Under the pieces are notes generated by a model. It saw nothing but the letters and a program-made list of their open reading frames with translations. It made no database searches and was not told the origin of the DNA. A stretch of DNA of 64,000 nucleotides, from assembly GCA_963830475.1 (NCBI GenBank), contig CAWHMX010000009.1, forward strand, positions 588,061 through 652,060, written 5' to 3'. Source of the stretch: an uncultured Solirubrobacterales bacterium. GTDB lineage: Bacteria > Actinomycetota > Thermoleophilia > Solirubrobacterales > Solirubrobacteraceae. Of the stretch, positions 35,103 to 44,378 are shown in pieces (the stretch's first letter is position 1; every line of letters begins with the position of its first letter). Position numbers and translations under genes: made by a program.

Positions 35103-36522
35103 GGTCTTCGATCGAATGGTCGGCAAGCGCTGCGATCGGTACCGGACGGGCGGGGAGTCGCGGCGTCGCCGCTGCGACGCCGCCGATCGGTCGGTTGTGA
35201 CGCGAGGCGATCAGCGCCGAGACCGTCCGTCCGCAGTTGCGGGCCTGACACAGGCCCATCCCGGCCCGCGTCAATGCCTTGACGGTGGCGAGGTCGGCGG
35301 AGGCCGTGACCGCGGGCTCGAGCGCCGCGAGCGTCACCTCCTCGCAGCGACAGATGATCGTTTCCGGGCCGCCGAGCTCGTAGATCCCGGGGCCGACGCG
35401 GTGCATGCGGGCGAGCGCGGCCCTGAAGGCGCGCCGGCGCAACAGGCGGCTGCGCAGCGCCGCGGCCTCGGGCTCGACCTGGGCCGCCGAGAGCGAGCCG
35501 AGTTCGAGCGCGACGCCGAGCGCGGCGAGCCGACCCTCGTCGACGGCAACAAGCGAGCCCTCGACGCCGGTGCCGTCGCCGGCGGCGGAGATGCCCGGCA
35601 CGCTCGTGCGCATCCACTCGTCGAGGCGGGTGACGGCGCCGCCCCGATCCTCGTCGTCGTCGATCGTGCAACCGGCGAGCCGGAGGAGCTCGACTGACGG
35701 CAAGAAGCCGTACCCGAGGCACAGCGTGTCGCACCCGACCCGTTCCTCGGTGCCGGCGATCGGGCGCCAGTTCCCGTCGACGGCGGCATGGACGACAACC
35801 TCGACGCGACCGTCGCCCTCGGCGGCGACGACGATCCGCCGGTACCGCAAGGGGATCCGGGCGCGCGCCAGCGCCAGACGGTAGTTCGCCGCGTCGCGCA
35901 GCAGCGAGACGTTGCCGCGCGCGGCTCCGATCATGGCCGCGATATCGCGAGCGCGGGCCGGCGGGCCGGCCTCGCAGATCAGTTCGATCTGAGCGCCGTC
36001 GTGGTGAAGTTGTGCGGGGAACGCCAGTGCGACCGGACCGCTGCCCGCGAACACGATCCGCCGGCCTGGCAGGACGCGCTGGGTCTTGATCAGCGTTTGC
36101 GCGCCGCCGGCGGTCAGCACCCCGGGCAGCGTCCAGCCGGGAAAGGCGACGGGACGGTCGTAGGCACCCGGGGCGAGGATGATCCGATGAGCTTCGATCG
36201 TCGAGACCCGCGCCTCGTCTTCGCAGACGGTCGCGACGAGACCGTCGAGGTCAAGGACTGCGGTCCGCAGGCGCACGTCCACCCCGGTCGCAGCAGTCAG
36301 CGCGATCAGGTCGCTGCCGGCGGCATATTCGCGTCCGATCGCACGTGGGTCGCCAACCTCGAAGCCGGGGCCCATACGTTTGTAGATCTGTCCTCCGAGG
36401 GTGACGCGCTCATCGACGAGTGTCACCGAAAGGCCGGCGGCGGCCACTCTCGTGGCCGCCGCCAGTCCCGCGGGCCCGCCGCCGACGACGAGCACGTCTG
36501 TCGTCGCGCGCGGGGGGGTCAT
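35065..36522 (-). CDS. FAD/NAD(P)-binding oxidoreductase with BFD-like [2Fe-2S] motif (alpha-like subunit; OoxA/HcnB-like)
   Basis: TDVLVVGGGPAGLAAA..DERVTLGGQ.. and a C-terminal ..ICRCEEVTLAAL..TRAGMGLCQARNCG... Confidence 0.8.
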   Translation of the reverse strand: MTPPRATTDVLVVGGGPAGLAAATRVAAAGLSVTLVDERVTLGGQIYKRMGPGFEVGDPRAIGREYAAGSDLIALTAATGVDVRLRTAVLDLDGLVATVCEDEARVSTIEAHRIILAPGAYDRPVAFPGWTLPGVLTAGGAQTLIKTQRVLPGRRIVFAGSGPVALAFPAQLHHDGAQIELICEAGPPARARDIAAMIGAARGNVSLLRDAANYRLALARARIPLRYRRIVVAAEGDGRVEVVVHAAVDGNWRPIAGTEERVGCDTLCLGYGFLPSVELLRLAGCTIDDDEDRGGAVTRLDEWMRTSVPGISAAGDGTGVEGSLVAVDEGRLAALGVALELGSLSAAQVEPEAAALRSRLLRRRAFRAALARMHRVGPGIYELGGPETIICRCEEVTLAALEPAVTASADLATVKALTRAGMGLCQARNCGRTVSALIASRHNRPIGGVAAATPRLPARPVPIAALADHSIEDHGFFTSPAKLSS

Positions 36523-36524
36523 GC

Positions 36525-37361
36525 TCAGCAGGCGGGAACGCCCACGAAGGTCTTCGTGCCGAAGTCCTTCTTGTAGAGCTTCGCCAACGTCCCGTTCTTG
36601 CTCTCGGTGCAGAGGAACTTGTTCAGGTAGCTGCTCAGCGCGGTGTTGCCCTTCTGGACCGCGTAGGACCCGTACTGCACGTCGAGCGGCTTGATCTTGG
36701 ACTGGACCAACTTCCCGGGGTTGGCCTTGCTGTACTGCGCCAGCAGGTAGTCCTCGACGACGATCGCGTTGGCGCGACCCGTGGCGACCAGTGAGAAGTC
36801 AGAGTTCTGGTCGGACAGCGCCTGGACCTTGGCCTTCGGGAAGACCTGTTGTGCCTTGGTCTGAGCCGTCGAGCCAAGCAGTGCCGTGATCACGTTTCCT
36901 GGTTTGTTCAGCGCGGCGATGCTCGTGACCGTGTTGGCGTCTTTCGCGGGGATGCCGACGACCTGGACGTACGGCACGTAGGCCTTGGTGAAGCTGATGA
37001 CCTTCTGCCGGGCGGGCGTCGGCGACAACCCAACTGAAACGAGGTCGAACTTCTTGGTCTGGAGGCCCGGGATCAGACCGGTGAACGCCAGGTTCTGGAT
37101 GTTGAGCTTGACGTGCGCGTACGCGGCGAGCTTGTTCAGCAGGTCGACGTCGTACCCGGCCGGCTTGCCGTTCTTGATGTACATCTCCGGCTTGAACTGG
37201 AGGCTCATGCCGACGGTCAGGGTGCCCTGCGACATCAGACCCGGAGGCGCGCTGCTGCTAGCCGCCGAACTTGCGGTCGCCGTCAGCCCGAGAACCAACG
37301 CTGTGCAACCGCAGGCTGCGGCAACTCCCAGCGCCGCAATCAATCGCTTCATCTTGAACAT
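36525..37361 (-). CDS. Amino-acid ABC transporter substrate-binding lipoprotein (family 3)
   Basis: MFKMKRLIAALGVAAACGCTA.. (lipobox-like) followed by the SBP_bac_3 pattern ..FTGLIPGLQTKKFDLV... ATG 37361 after AGGAG. Confidence 0.85.
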   Translation of the reverse strand: MFKMKRLIAALGVAAACGCTALVLGLTATASSAASSSAPPGLMSQGTLTVGMSLQFKPEMYIKNGKPAGYDVDLLNKLAAYAHVKLNIQNLAFTGLIPGLQTKKFDLVSVGLSPTPARQKVISFTKAYVPYVQVVGIPAKDANTVTSIAALNKPGNVITALLGSTAQTKAQQVFPKAKVQALSDQNSDFSLVATGRANAIVVEDYLLAQYSKANPGKLVQSKIKPLDVQYGSYAVQKGNTALSSYLNKFLCTESKNGTLAKLYKKDFGTKTFVGVPAC

Positions 37362-37482
37362 TGCTCCTGCTCCCCTCTGATTTGGTAATGACACTGGTGC
37401 GACCCGTACCTGCATGTGTGGTTGCCGTCGCAAATCGCGGTGACCACTGGTGTCCTGATACAGAAATTTCCGCATCAGGACA

Positions 37483-38232
37483 CTAGCCGGCCTCGAATCG
37501 CGCCGCGACTGCCTCGACGCGGCGTCGGCGCCGACCCGTTGCCGCACGCGCGAGTAAACCGTGCGGCGGCGTCTGCATCGTCTTCTCGATCGTTCGGAAC
37601 GTGAAGTCGACAATGAATGCGACGGCGACATACAGAATCGCCGCCGCGGTGTAAAGGGTGAAGTACTGGTAGCTGCTGGCCCCCAGGTTCTGGACGGTCG
37701 CGACCACCTCTGTTGTGCCGATCACGAACAGCACCGAGGTGTCCTTGATCATCCCGATCAGCATGCTCCCAATGTTGGGTATGGCGATCTTGGTCGCTTG
37801 GGGGAGGACGACCGACACGAAGATCCGGATCCGTGCCATCCCGAGCGCGAGCCCGGCCTCGCGCTGGCCACGCGGGACCGCCTCCAGCGCAGACCGGTAG
37901 ATCTCGGAGATGAATGCCGAGTACAGAAGCGAGAGCGATGCCACACCCGCCACGAACACCGAGAAGTTGATGCCGGTGGCCTCCGAGACGCCGAAGAACA
38001 CCCACAGCGCGGTCACGATCACCGGGACGCCGCGGAAGATGTTGATGTACGCAGTCGCCAGCCAGGTGAGCGGCGGCCGCGACATTCGTGCGAGCGCCAG
38101 TAACAGCCCGACGAGCACCGAGATCGCGAGGGCGAGCGCGGAGACCTCGACAGCGACGAGCAGGCCGTGTAGCAGCTCGCCGCGGCTGGACCACACGTAA
38201 CTCCAGTCGAGTGAGACCGCGAAGACCGTCAT
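37483..38232 (-). CDS. Amino-acid ABC transporter permease
   Basis: His/Glu/Gln/Arg-type permease (..YINIFRGVPVIV..; EAA-like ..ALEAVPRGQREAGLALGM..). ATG 38232. Confidence 0.85.
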   Translation of the reverse strand: MTVFAVSLDWSYVWSSRGELLHGLLVAVEVSALALAISVLVGLLLALARMSRPPLTWLATAYINIFRGVPVIVTALWVFFGVSEATGINFSVFVAGVASLSLLYSAFISEIYRSALEAVPRGQREAGLALGMARIRIFVSVVLPQATKIAIPNIGSMLIGMIKDTSVLFVIGTTEVVATVQNLGASSYQYFTLYTAAAILYVAVAFIVDFTFRTIEKTMQTPPHGLLARAATGRRRRRVEAVAARFEAG

Positions 38233-38297
38233 AGGACTGCCGCCACGAACCTCTGGAGTCGCGGGTTGAGGCACGCGTCAAACAGGGTGCGATCACC

Positions 38298-39065
38298 TCA
38301 TTCGACGATCAGCCCCTCGTCCATGAACACGTTCTGGTCACCGATCTCGCGCGCGAAGCCGAGCTCGTGGGTGACGATCACCATCGTCATGCCGCCCACG
38401 GCGAGCTCGCGCATCACGGCGAGCACCTCGCCGACCAACTCCGCGTCAAGTGCCGAGGTCGGCTCGTCGAACAGCATGATCTTCGGATCCAAGCTCAGCG
38501 CGCGCGCAATCGCGACGCGCTGCTGCTGGCCGCCGGACATTTCTCGCGGGAAGTGGCCGGCGTGCTGAAGCAGGCCGACCCGGCGGAGCGCGAGCGCGGC
38601 TCGCTCCTCCGCCTCACCGCGCTTGGCTCGTCGTACGGCGCGTACCGGCAGGGCGATGTTCTCGAGCGCGGTCAGATGGGCGAATAGATTGAACTGCTGA
38701 AAGACCATTCCGACGGTGCGTCGCAGCTCCAGCGGCTTGCCCCGGCGCTCGCCGGGCGGACACCTCGGGCCGTACTCGGTGCCGAGCACACGCAGCGAGC
38801 CGTCGCTCGGTTCCTCGAGCAGGTTTATCGTCCGCAGCAGCGTCGACTTTCCGGAGCCCGACGGCCCGAAGACGACGACGTGCTCGCCGGCGCGCACCCG
38901 CAGGTCGATGCCACGAAGCACCTCGTTCGAGCCGAACGACTTGCGGAGTCCCTCGATCTCGACGACGGGCTCGCCGAGTGCGTGGAAGGCGGGCGTGGGG
39001 ACGGCTCGTTCGATCGGCGGCGGACTTCCGAGGACTTCAGGTCCAGGCATTGTGCCGCTATTCAC
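38298..39065 (-). CDS. Amino-acid ABC transporter ATP-binding protein
   Basis: Walker [10 protein letters not shown], signature [15 protein letters not shown] and Walker [13 protein letters not shown]. Confidence 0.9.
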   Translation of the reverse strand: MNSGTMPGPEVLGSPPPIERAVPTPAFHALGEPVVEIEGLRKSFGSNEVLRGIDLRVRAGEHVVVFGPSGSGKSTLLRTINLLEEPSDGSLRVLGTEYGPRCPPGERRGKPLELRRTVGMVFQQFNLFAHLTALENIALPVRAVRRAKRGEAEERAALALRRVGLLQHAGHFPREMSGGQQQRVAIARALSLDPKIMLFDEPTSALDAELVGEVLAVMRELAVGGMTMVIVTHELGFAREIGDQNVFMDEGLIVE

Positions 39066-39149
39066 GAAGCCCCGTGCTCGGATAGCGAGAGCATGTGCGC
39101 ATAGTGCACCAGGGGGTGTCGGCTGTCAAGCAGCAGCCGGGCCTGCCGA

Positions 39150-39935
39150 TCAGCGGATGTTCGCGGCGCCGTTGATGTCGATCGTGGCGCCCGCGAGGTG
39201 GCGCATCGAGCCGGTGGCGAGCAGCGCGACCAGTCGCGCGACCTCGATCGGCGGCACCATCTCCCCGAGCGGGAGGATCGCGTTGACGGCGTCGATGCCA
39301 CCGCGGGCGACCGCGGAAATCTCCGACATCGGCGTGCGGACGATTCCTGGTGCAACGACGTGCGCCAACACTCCGTCAGCCGTATGGTTGCGGGCGATCG
39401 ACAGCGTCAGGTTCTGAAGCGCCGCCTTCGAGGCGGCGTAGGCGGTGTGCCCCGGGAGCGCCGAGCCGCGCTGGGCGGCCCAACTCGAGATCGCGATCAG
39501 CACGCCCTCGCGGCGCTCGACGAAGTGCGGGAGCGCCGCCCGGATCAGGTTGGCCGGCTCGGCGACGTTGACGATGAAGGTCCGCTCCCAGCCGGCATCC
39601 CAATCGGCGTCAGCCGAGTCGAAGGGGAGGTTGACGGCGACGGCCGCATTGACGATCACCACGTCGATCCGACCGTGCCAGGCAAGCGCCTCGCGCCAAA
39701 GCTCGCGGCTGGCGCCGGGTACAGCCAGGTCGGCTTGGACGAGCAGCACGCGATCGGCGGGTCCCCCGGCACAGGCCGCCTCGGCGCCGGCGCGATCCTG
39801 CCCGTAGTGGGCGACCAGCCGCGCGCCGCCTTCGAGCAAGAGCTTCGCCGTGACGCTCCCGATCCCGCCGGACGCCCCGGTCAGGAGCACGATCTTGTCA
39901 TCCAGGTCGATCCGTTGCTCACGGCAGCCCCGCAT
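39150..39935 (-). CDS. SDR family oxidoreductase
   Basis: TGASGGIG, NAAV and YAASK motifs. Clearly paralogous to 54020..54784, with long shared strings (e.g. VNV.EPANL.RAA..HF; VAPGIVRT.MSEISA). Confidence 0.85.
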   Translation of the reverse strand: MRGCREQRIDLDDKIVLLTGASGGIGSVTAKLLLEGGARLVAHYGQDRAGAEAACAGGPADRVLLVQADLAVPGASRELWREALAWHGRIDVVIVNAAVAVNLPFDSADADWDAGWERTFIVNVAEPANLIRAALPHFVERREGVLIAISSWAAQRGSALPGHTAYAASKAALQNLTLSIARNHTADGVLAHVVAPGIVRTPMSEISAVARGGIDAVNAILPLGEMVPPIEVARLVALLATGSMRHLAGATIDINGAANIR

Positions 39936-40678
39936 CTACGGGCAGGAGTTGCCCGGTGATTCCACCGGCGAGGCCGCTGGCGAGAAACAGCGTCGCGCCG
40001 GCGACGTCGTCGGTGGTCGCGATCCGGCCGAGGCTCGTCTGGGCGGCGGCGGCCGCCAGGGCGTCCTCGAGCGCCGGGCCACCAGCCTGCGCTCGGCGCT
40101 CGATCCGGGAGCGCAGCGCCTCTGTGGCGATCGGCCCGGGGCCGACCGCGTTGACCCGGATGCCGCGGCGGCCGAGGTCGATCGCGGCCGAGCGCACGAT
40201 CCCCAGCACCGCGTGCTTGCTCGCCACGTAAGCTCGCCAGGTTGGGGTCGCCGCGCCACGAGTTGAGCGAGGCGATCGCGACGATCGCGCCGCCGTCGGC
40301 GATCAGCGGCGCGGCGTGCTTGAACGTCGCCGCGATCCCACGGACGTTGACCGCGAACACCTCATCCCACTCGTCGAGGTCGAGTTCGTCGACGCGACGC
40401 CAGGGCGGCACGATCCCAGCGGCGGCGACCAGAAGGTCGAGCTCGCCGCCGAGCTGCCGGGCAGCCTCAGCGCACGCGTGCGCGACCGCGTCCTCGTGGC
40501 GAACGTCGGCGGTCACCGCCCCCCAGCCCTTGGGAAGCGACCTGGGCGCGGCGATATCAAGGCCAACGCCGCGCGCCCCGACGGCCGCGAAGCGGCTGGC
40601 GATCGCGGCGCCGATCCCGCTTGCGGCGCCGGTGACGAGCGCGCGGCTTCCCGCAAGCGAGATCGAGGCGTCGCTCAC
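39919..40678 (-). pseudogene. SDR family oxidoreductase, disrupted by a 1-nt frameshift at about 40231
   Basis: N-terminal part (VSDASISLAGSRALVTGAASGIG..IASLNSWRGDPNLAS) is in the frame of track ORF 39881..41572. The catalytic YVASKHAVLG.. through the C-terminus is in the frame of ORF 39919..40227. Skipping one A at 40230/40231 joins ..NLAS to YVASK... Confidence 0.7.
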
Positions 40679-41572
40679 GCGCTCGCTGTCGCGGCAGACA
40701 GCGCCGCCACCTGGTCGACCTGGTCGTCGTTCTGCCAGCTCAGATCGACGATCACCTCGTCGACGCCGGCTTCGGCGAGCGCCGGCAGCGCGTCGGCGAC
40801 CAGCTCGGTGCGCCCGGCCGATTCGATGATCCGCAGGACCGTGCGAAGGCTCTCGGGCCGTCGGCCCGCATCCCGCGCGGCCGCGATGATGACCGCTCGC
40901 TCGACTCGCCAGCGTCGCCGGGTCGAACGCGCCGGCCGTCTGCTGTGGGAGCCAGCCGTCGGCGATCGCGCCGGCGCGACCGAGCGCCCGCGGCGAGTGG
41001 CCGCCGAGCAGGATCGGGATCTCGTGGGCCGGGGTCGGGAGGCAGAGGATCTCAGGCGGCAGCGTGTAGTCCGCGGAGTTGCGCGCTCCGGGTGCTCCGG
41101 TCCAGCAGTCGCGCGCGATCTCGATCCATTCGGTCAGGCGTGCGCCCCGCCGCGCGAACGGGGCATCGAGCGCCTCGAATTCCCGCTCGAGCCAGCCGGC
41201 GCCGAGCCCGAGTTCGAGCCTGCCCCCGCTGGCAACGTCGATCGAGGCGCACTGCTTGGCAAACATCACCGGGTTCCGCATTGGCAGCACCAGGACGGCA
41301 GTCCCGAGCCGCACACGCTCGGTCGCGGCCGCTGCGAGCGCGAGCGCGATCAGCGGCTCGACGTAGGGCATGTCGCTGGGCCAGGTCGCGCGGCCGTCGG
41401 CGGCGAACGGGTAGGGCGAGTCCATCGTCCGCGGGAGGACGACGTGGTCTGAGACCCAGATCGAGTCGACGCCCGCGTGCTCCAGCGCGCGCGCGAGCGC
41501 GGGGATGCCGCGCTCCAGCGGCAGCGGGCCGTTGTTGGGCAGCTTCGCGCCGATGCGCACACGGCGAGTCAA
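40675..41572 (-). pseudogene. Luciferase-like (LLM class, F420/flavin-dependent) oxidoreductase, disrupted by a 1-nt frameshift at about 40909
   Basis: N-terminus MTRRVRIGAKLPNNGPL..GVDSIWVSDHVV..LGLGAGW..ADGWLPQQTAGAFDPATL is in one frame. Codon-by-codon reading of the next frame gives RVERAVIIAAARDAGRRPESLRTVLRIIESAGRTELVADALPALAEAGVDEVIVDLSW..ATASA-stop (TGA 40675-40677, GTGA overlap with the next gene). Confidence 0.7.
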
Positions 41573-41650
41573 CCAGGATCGCTAGCGCTCGTCAAGCGTA
41601 CGTTCGCCCGCAGAGTGGACACTGGTCCTGCGCGCGATTATGCTCTGCCG

Positions 41651-42607
41651 ATGAGTCAGGCGCTGCGCACGGGTCTCGCGCTTGGGGTTGATCACATCGG
41701 CGTCGGGGTCTCCGACATGGAACGCTCGCTCGCGTTCTACGCCGAGCTCGGGTTCACCGACGTCGCGTTCGATGCTGAGCTCGAGCTCCCGGGGCTCGAG
41801 CCGATCGCCGGGCGCTCCGGGGTAAGGGCGCGGGTTGTGATGCTGCGCCCCGGCCGTCCGACCCCGCTCGGCCTGGCGGCGGTCAAGCTCGTGTCGACGA
41901 TCGACGAGGCGCCGCCGCCCCTTCCCGACGGCATCGGTTGGGGGGAACCGGGTGTGTGCGAGGTCTGCATCCACGTCAAGGATCAGGCGGCGCTGTACCG
42001 GCGACTTGTCGGTGAGCACGGCATCGCCGGGCTGATGGAGCCGAACGAGGCGCCGCTGCCGCCCCACGGGACGCTCTGCAGCCTGTCGTACGTCGCCGAT
42101 CCCGACGGGACGAAGATCGAGATGATCGAGTGGCACGACCTGGAGTCGGGATGGCCGGTCGACGATGGCCCTCAAGGGGTCAACCACGTTGCCTTCGGGG
42201 TCTCCGATATCGAGCGCACGCGCGACTTCTACCGCGGCCTCGGCTTCACCGGGATGCTGTTCGAGAGCGATGGGTACTTTGAGCCAATGGACCCGTGGTA
42301 CGCGCCTCGCAAGCCGCCGCGCCAGCGGATGATGCTGCTGACCAATCCGCACGGCGCCGGGATGGAGCCCGTTCAGCACTTCCCGCCATCGCCGGACATG
42401 AGCGGCAGCTGGGGCCACCTGGGGCCGTTCGAGTTCGCGATCGGCGTACGGAACATCGGACAAGCCGCGGCGGCGCTACGGGGCGCCGGCGTCGAGCTGC
42501 TGTGCGAGCCGCAGACGGTTACGTTGCCCGGCGGCGGCTCCTGGAGCTACGCCTACTTCGCAGAGCCCGACGAGACCTTCGTCGCGATCAGCGAGGCGCG
42601 CTACTAG
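41651..42607 (+). CDS. VOC (glyoxalase/bleomycin-resistance/dioxygenase) family protein, two tandem domains
   Basis: ..VDHIGVGVSDMERSLAFYAELGFT.. and ..VNHVAFGVSDIERTRDFYRGLGFT... ATG 41651 lies inside track ORF 41477... Confidence 0.8.
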   Translation: MSQALRTGLALGVDHIGVGVSDMERSLAFYAELGFTDVAFDAELELPGLEPIAGRSGVRARVVMLRPGRPTPLGLAAVKLVSTIDEAPPPLPDGIGWGEPGVCEVCIHVKDQAALYRRLVGEHGIAGLMEPNEAPLPPHGTLCSLSYVADPDGTKIEMIEWHDLESGWPVDDGPQGVNHVAFGVSDIERTRDFYRGLGFTGMLFESDGYFEPMDPWYAPRKPPRQRMMLLTNPHGAGMEPVQHFPPSPDMSGSWGHLGPFEFAIGVRNIGQAAAALRGAGVELLCEPQTVTLPGGGSWSYAYFAEPDETFVAISEARY

Positions 42608-43426
42608 GCTACGTTCGCGAGGTCGCGCTCGATCATCCGGGCGCAGCGCTGCAGCGGCGGTAGCAGGTCGCTGCGAACCGATTTGGCATTGTGGCGGGTG
42701 ACGAGCGTGGACAGGTTGATCGCCGCGATCGTGCGCCGCGAAGCGGTCGTGGATCGGCACCGCCACGGCCAGCAGACCCTCTTCGAGCTCCTGGTCGACG
42801 ACCGCGTAGCCGTCGGCGCGCGCGCGCAGAACCCGCCCGCGGAGCTCTGCGCTATCGGTCATGGTTGCGGGCTGGAACCGAGTGAGCGTGGCTGAGGCCA
42901 GGTAGGATTCGAGCTCCTCGTCGGACAGGCCGGCGAGCAGCACTCGACCCATCGAGGTCGCGTGGGCGGGCATTCGCGAACCGATGTTGACGGCGATCGT
43001 CATCAGCTTCGGACCCGGAACGCGGGTGACGTAGACGACGTCGTGGCCGTCCAGGATCGAAGCCTCGCTCGACTCGTCGACCTCGGCGACGAGCTGCTCG
43101 AGGTATGGGAGCGCGACGTTCGGGAAACCGAGTCCGGAGAGGAATGAGTAGCCGAGGCCGAGCACCCGTGGCGCCAGCGAGAACGTACGCCCGTCACTGG
43201 TCATGTAGCCGAGTTCGACCAGCGTGATCAGGAAGCGCCTCGCCGTCGCGCGGGTCAGCCCGGTCTTGGCGGCAACCTCGCTGACGGTCTGCCGAGCGGC
43301 GTCAGGGCCGAATGTCTCGATGATCTCGAGACCGCGCCCCAGCGATTGGTTGAAGTCACGCGAGCGCGCGCGCGTGACGCTTCCGTGCTGGTTGTCGAGC
43401 GATTGCACCACCGAGTTAAGTGTCAC
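42604..43426 (-). pseudogene. IclR family transcriptional regulator, disrupted by a 1-nt frameshift at 42745
   Basis: HTH and effector domain are intact up to ..GLLAVAVPIHD, after which the ORF-track frame becomes junk. The adjacent frame reads ASRRTIAAINLSTLVTRHNAKSVRSDLLPPLQRCARMIERDLANVA-stop (TAG 42604-42606), a typical IclR C-terminus. Confidence 0.7.
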
Positions 43427-44378
43427 GTCGTGCGATGTTATTCCCCGGCGCGGGTAGACGCCGCACCTGTTCCTGAGCGATCAGTGCGCGGTCGCGCCAG
43501 GCCACCCGCTGCTCCCAATCCGACAGCGGCAGCAGCGCCCGACGCTGTCTGGTCACCTCGGTGACGAGCTCCTCGGTCCAAGGGTCGTGCTGGCCGCGAT
43601 CGGCGCCCATCCGTTCGTATGCGGGGCCCATTCGCCGCGCGTGCACCGCGAGCCCGCCGCGCGTGTTGAGGTCGACGGTCTCAAAAGGCCCGATCACCGC
43701 CCAGCGGCGCCCGAGCCCCTCGGAGACGACCCGGTCGAGCTCCTCGACGCTGATCACGCCGTCGCGGACCAGGCAGTACGCCTCCCGCAGAAGTGCCCCC
43801 TGAAGGCGGTTGTAGACGAAGCCCTCGAGCTCTTGTCTGACGAGCACCGGCGACATGCCGGCCCGCTCGAGCATGTCCCGGGTGCGGTCGATCACGGCCT
43901 CGTCGGTGAACGGCGCCGGCACCAGCTCGACGATCGGCAGCAGGTGTGGTGGGTTGGCTGGATGGACGACCAGGCAGCGAGCGCGGCCGGGCAGGTCGCC
44001 GGCGGATTGGCTGATCGTGAGCGCCGAGGACGAACTCGCGAGGGTCGCCTCGGGTGCGGCTAACCGGTCGAGCTCGCCGAACAGCTCACGCTTGAGCTCG
44101 AGATACTCGGGTGCGCATTCCTGGACGTGCACAGCACCGTCGAGTGCGCTCGCAAGCTCCGTGTGGCCGGTGACGCGCACGGCCACATCGTCCGGGGACT
44201 CATCCAGGAGGCCGGCGCTCGCAACCGCCGCGAGCCGCATCTCGATGTCGGCGGCGGCGGCCGGCAGTCGCGTCGGATCGAGGTCGTAGAGCGCCACCTC
44301 ATGGCCGGCGCGTGCGAACACAACTGCCCAGCTCGAGCCGATGCTGCCCGCTCCGACGATCGTGACCCTGTCGGTCAT
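43416..44378 (-). CDS. 3-hydroxyacyl-CoA dehydrogenase family protein (L-carnitine / L-gulonate 3-dehydrogenase-like)
   Basis: VTIVGAGSIGSSWAVVFARAGHEV..LYD.. Rossmann N-terminus and HADH C-domain (..HPANPPHLLPIVELV..). Confidence 0.85.
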   Translation of the reverse strand: MTDRVTIVGAGSIGSSWAVVFARAGHEVALYDLDPTRLPAAAADIEMRLAAVASAGLLDESPDDVAVRVTGHTELASALDGAVHVQECAPEYLELKRELFGELDRLAAPEATLASSSSALTISQSAGDLPGRARCLVVHPANPPHLLPIVELVPAPFTDEAVIDRTRDMLERAGMSPVLVRQELEGFVYNRLQGALLREAYCLVRDGVISVEELDRVVSEGLGRRWAVIGPFETVDLNTRGGLAVHARRMGPAYERMGADRGQHDPWTEELVTEVTRQRRALLPLSDWEQRVAWRDRALIAQEQVRRLPAPGNNIARRDT

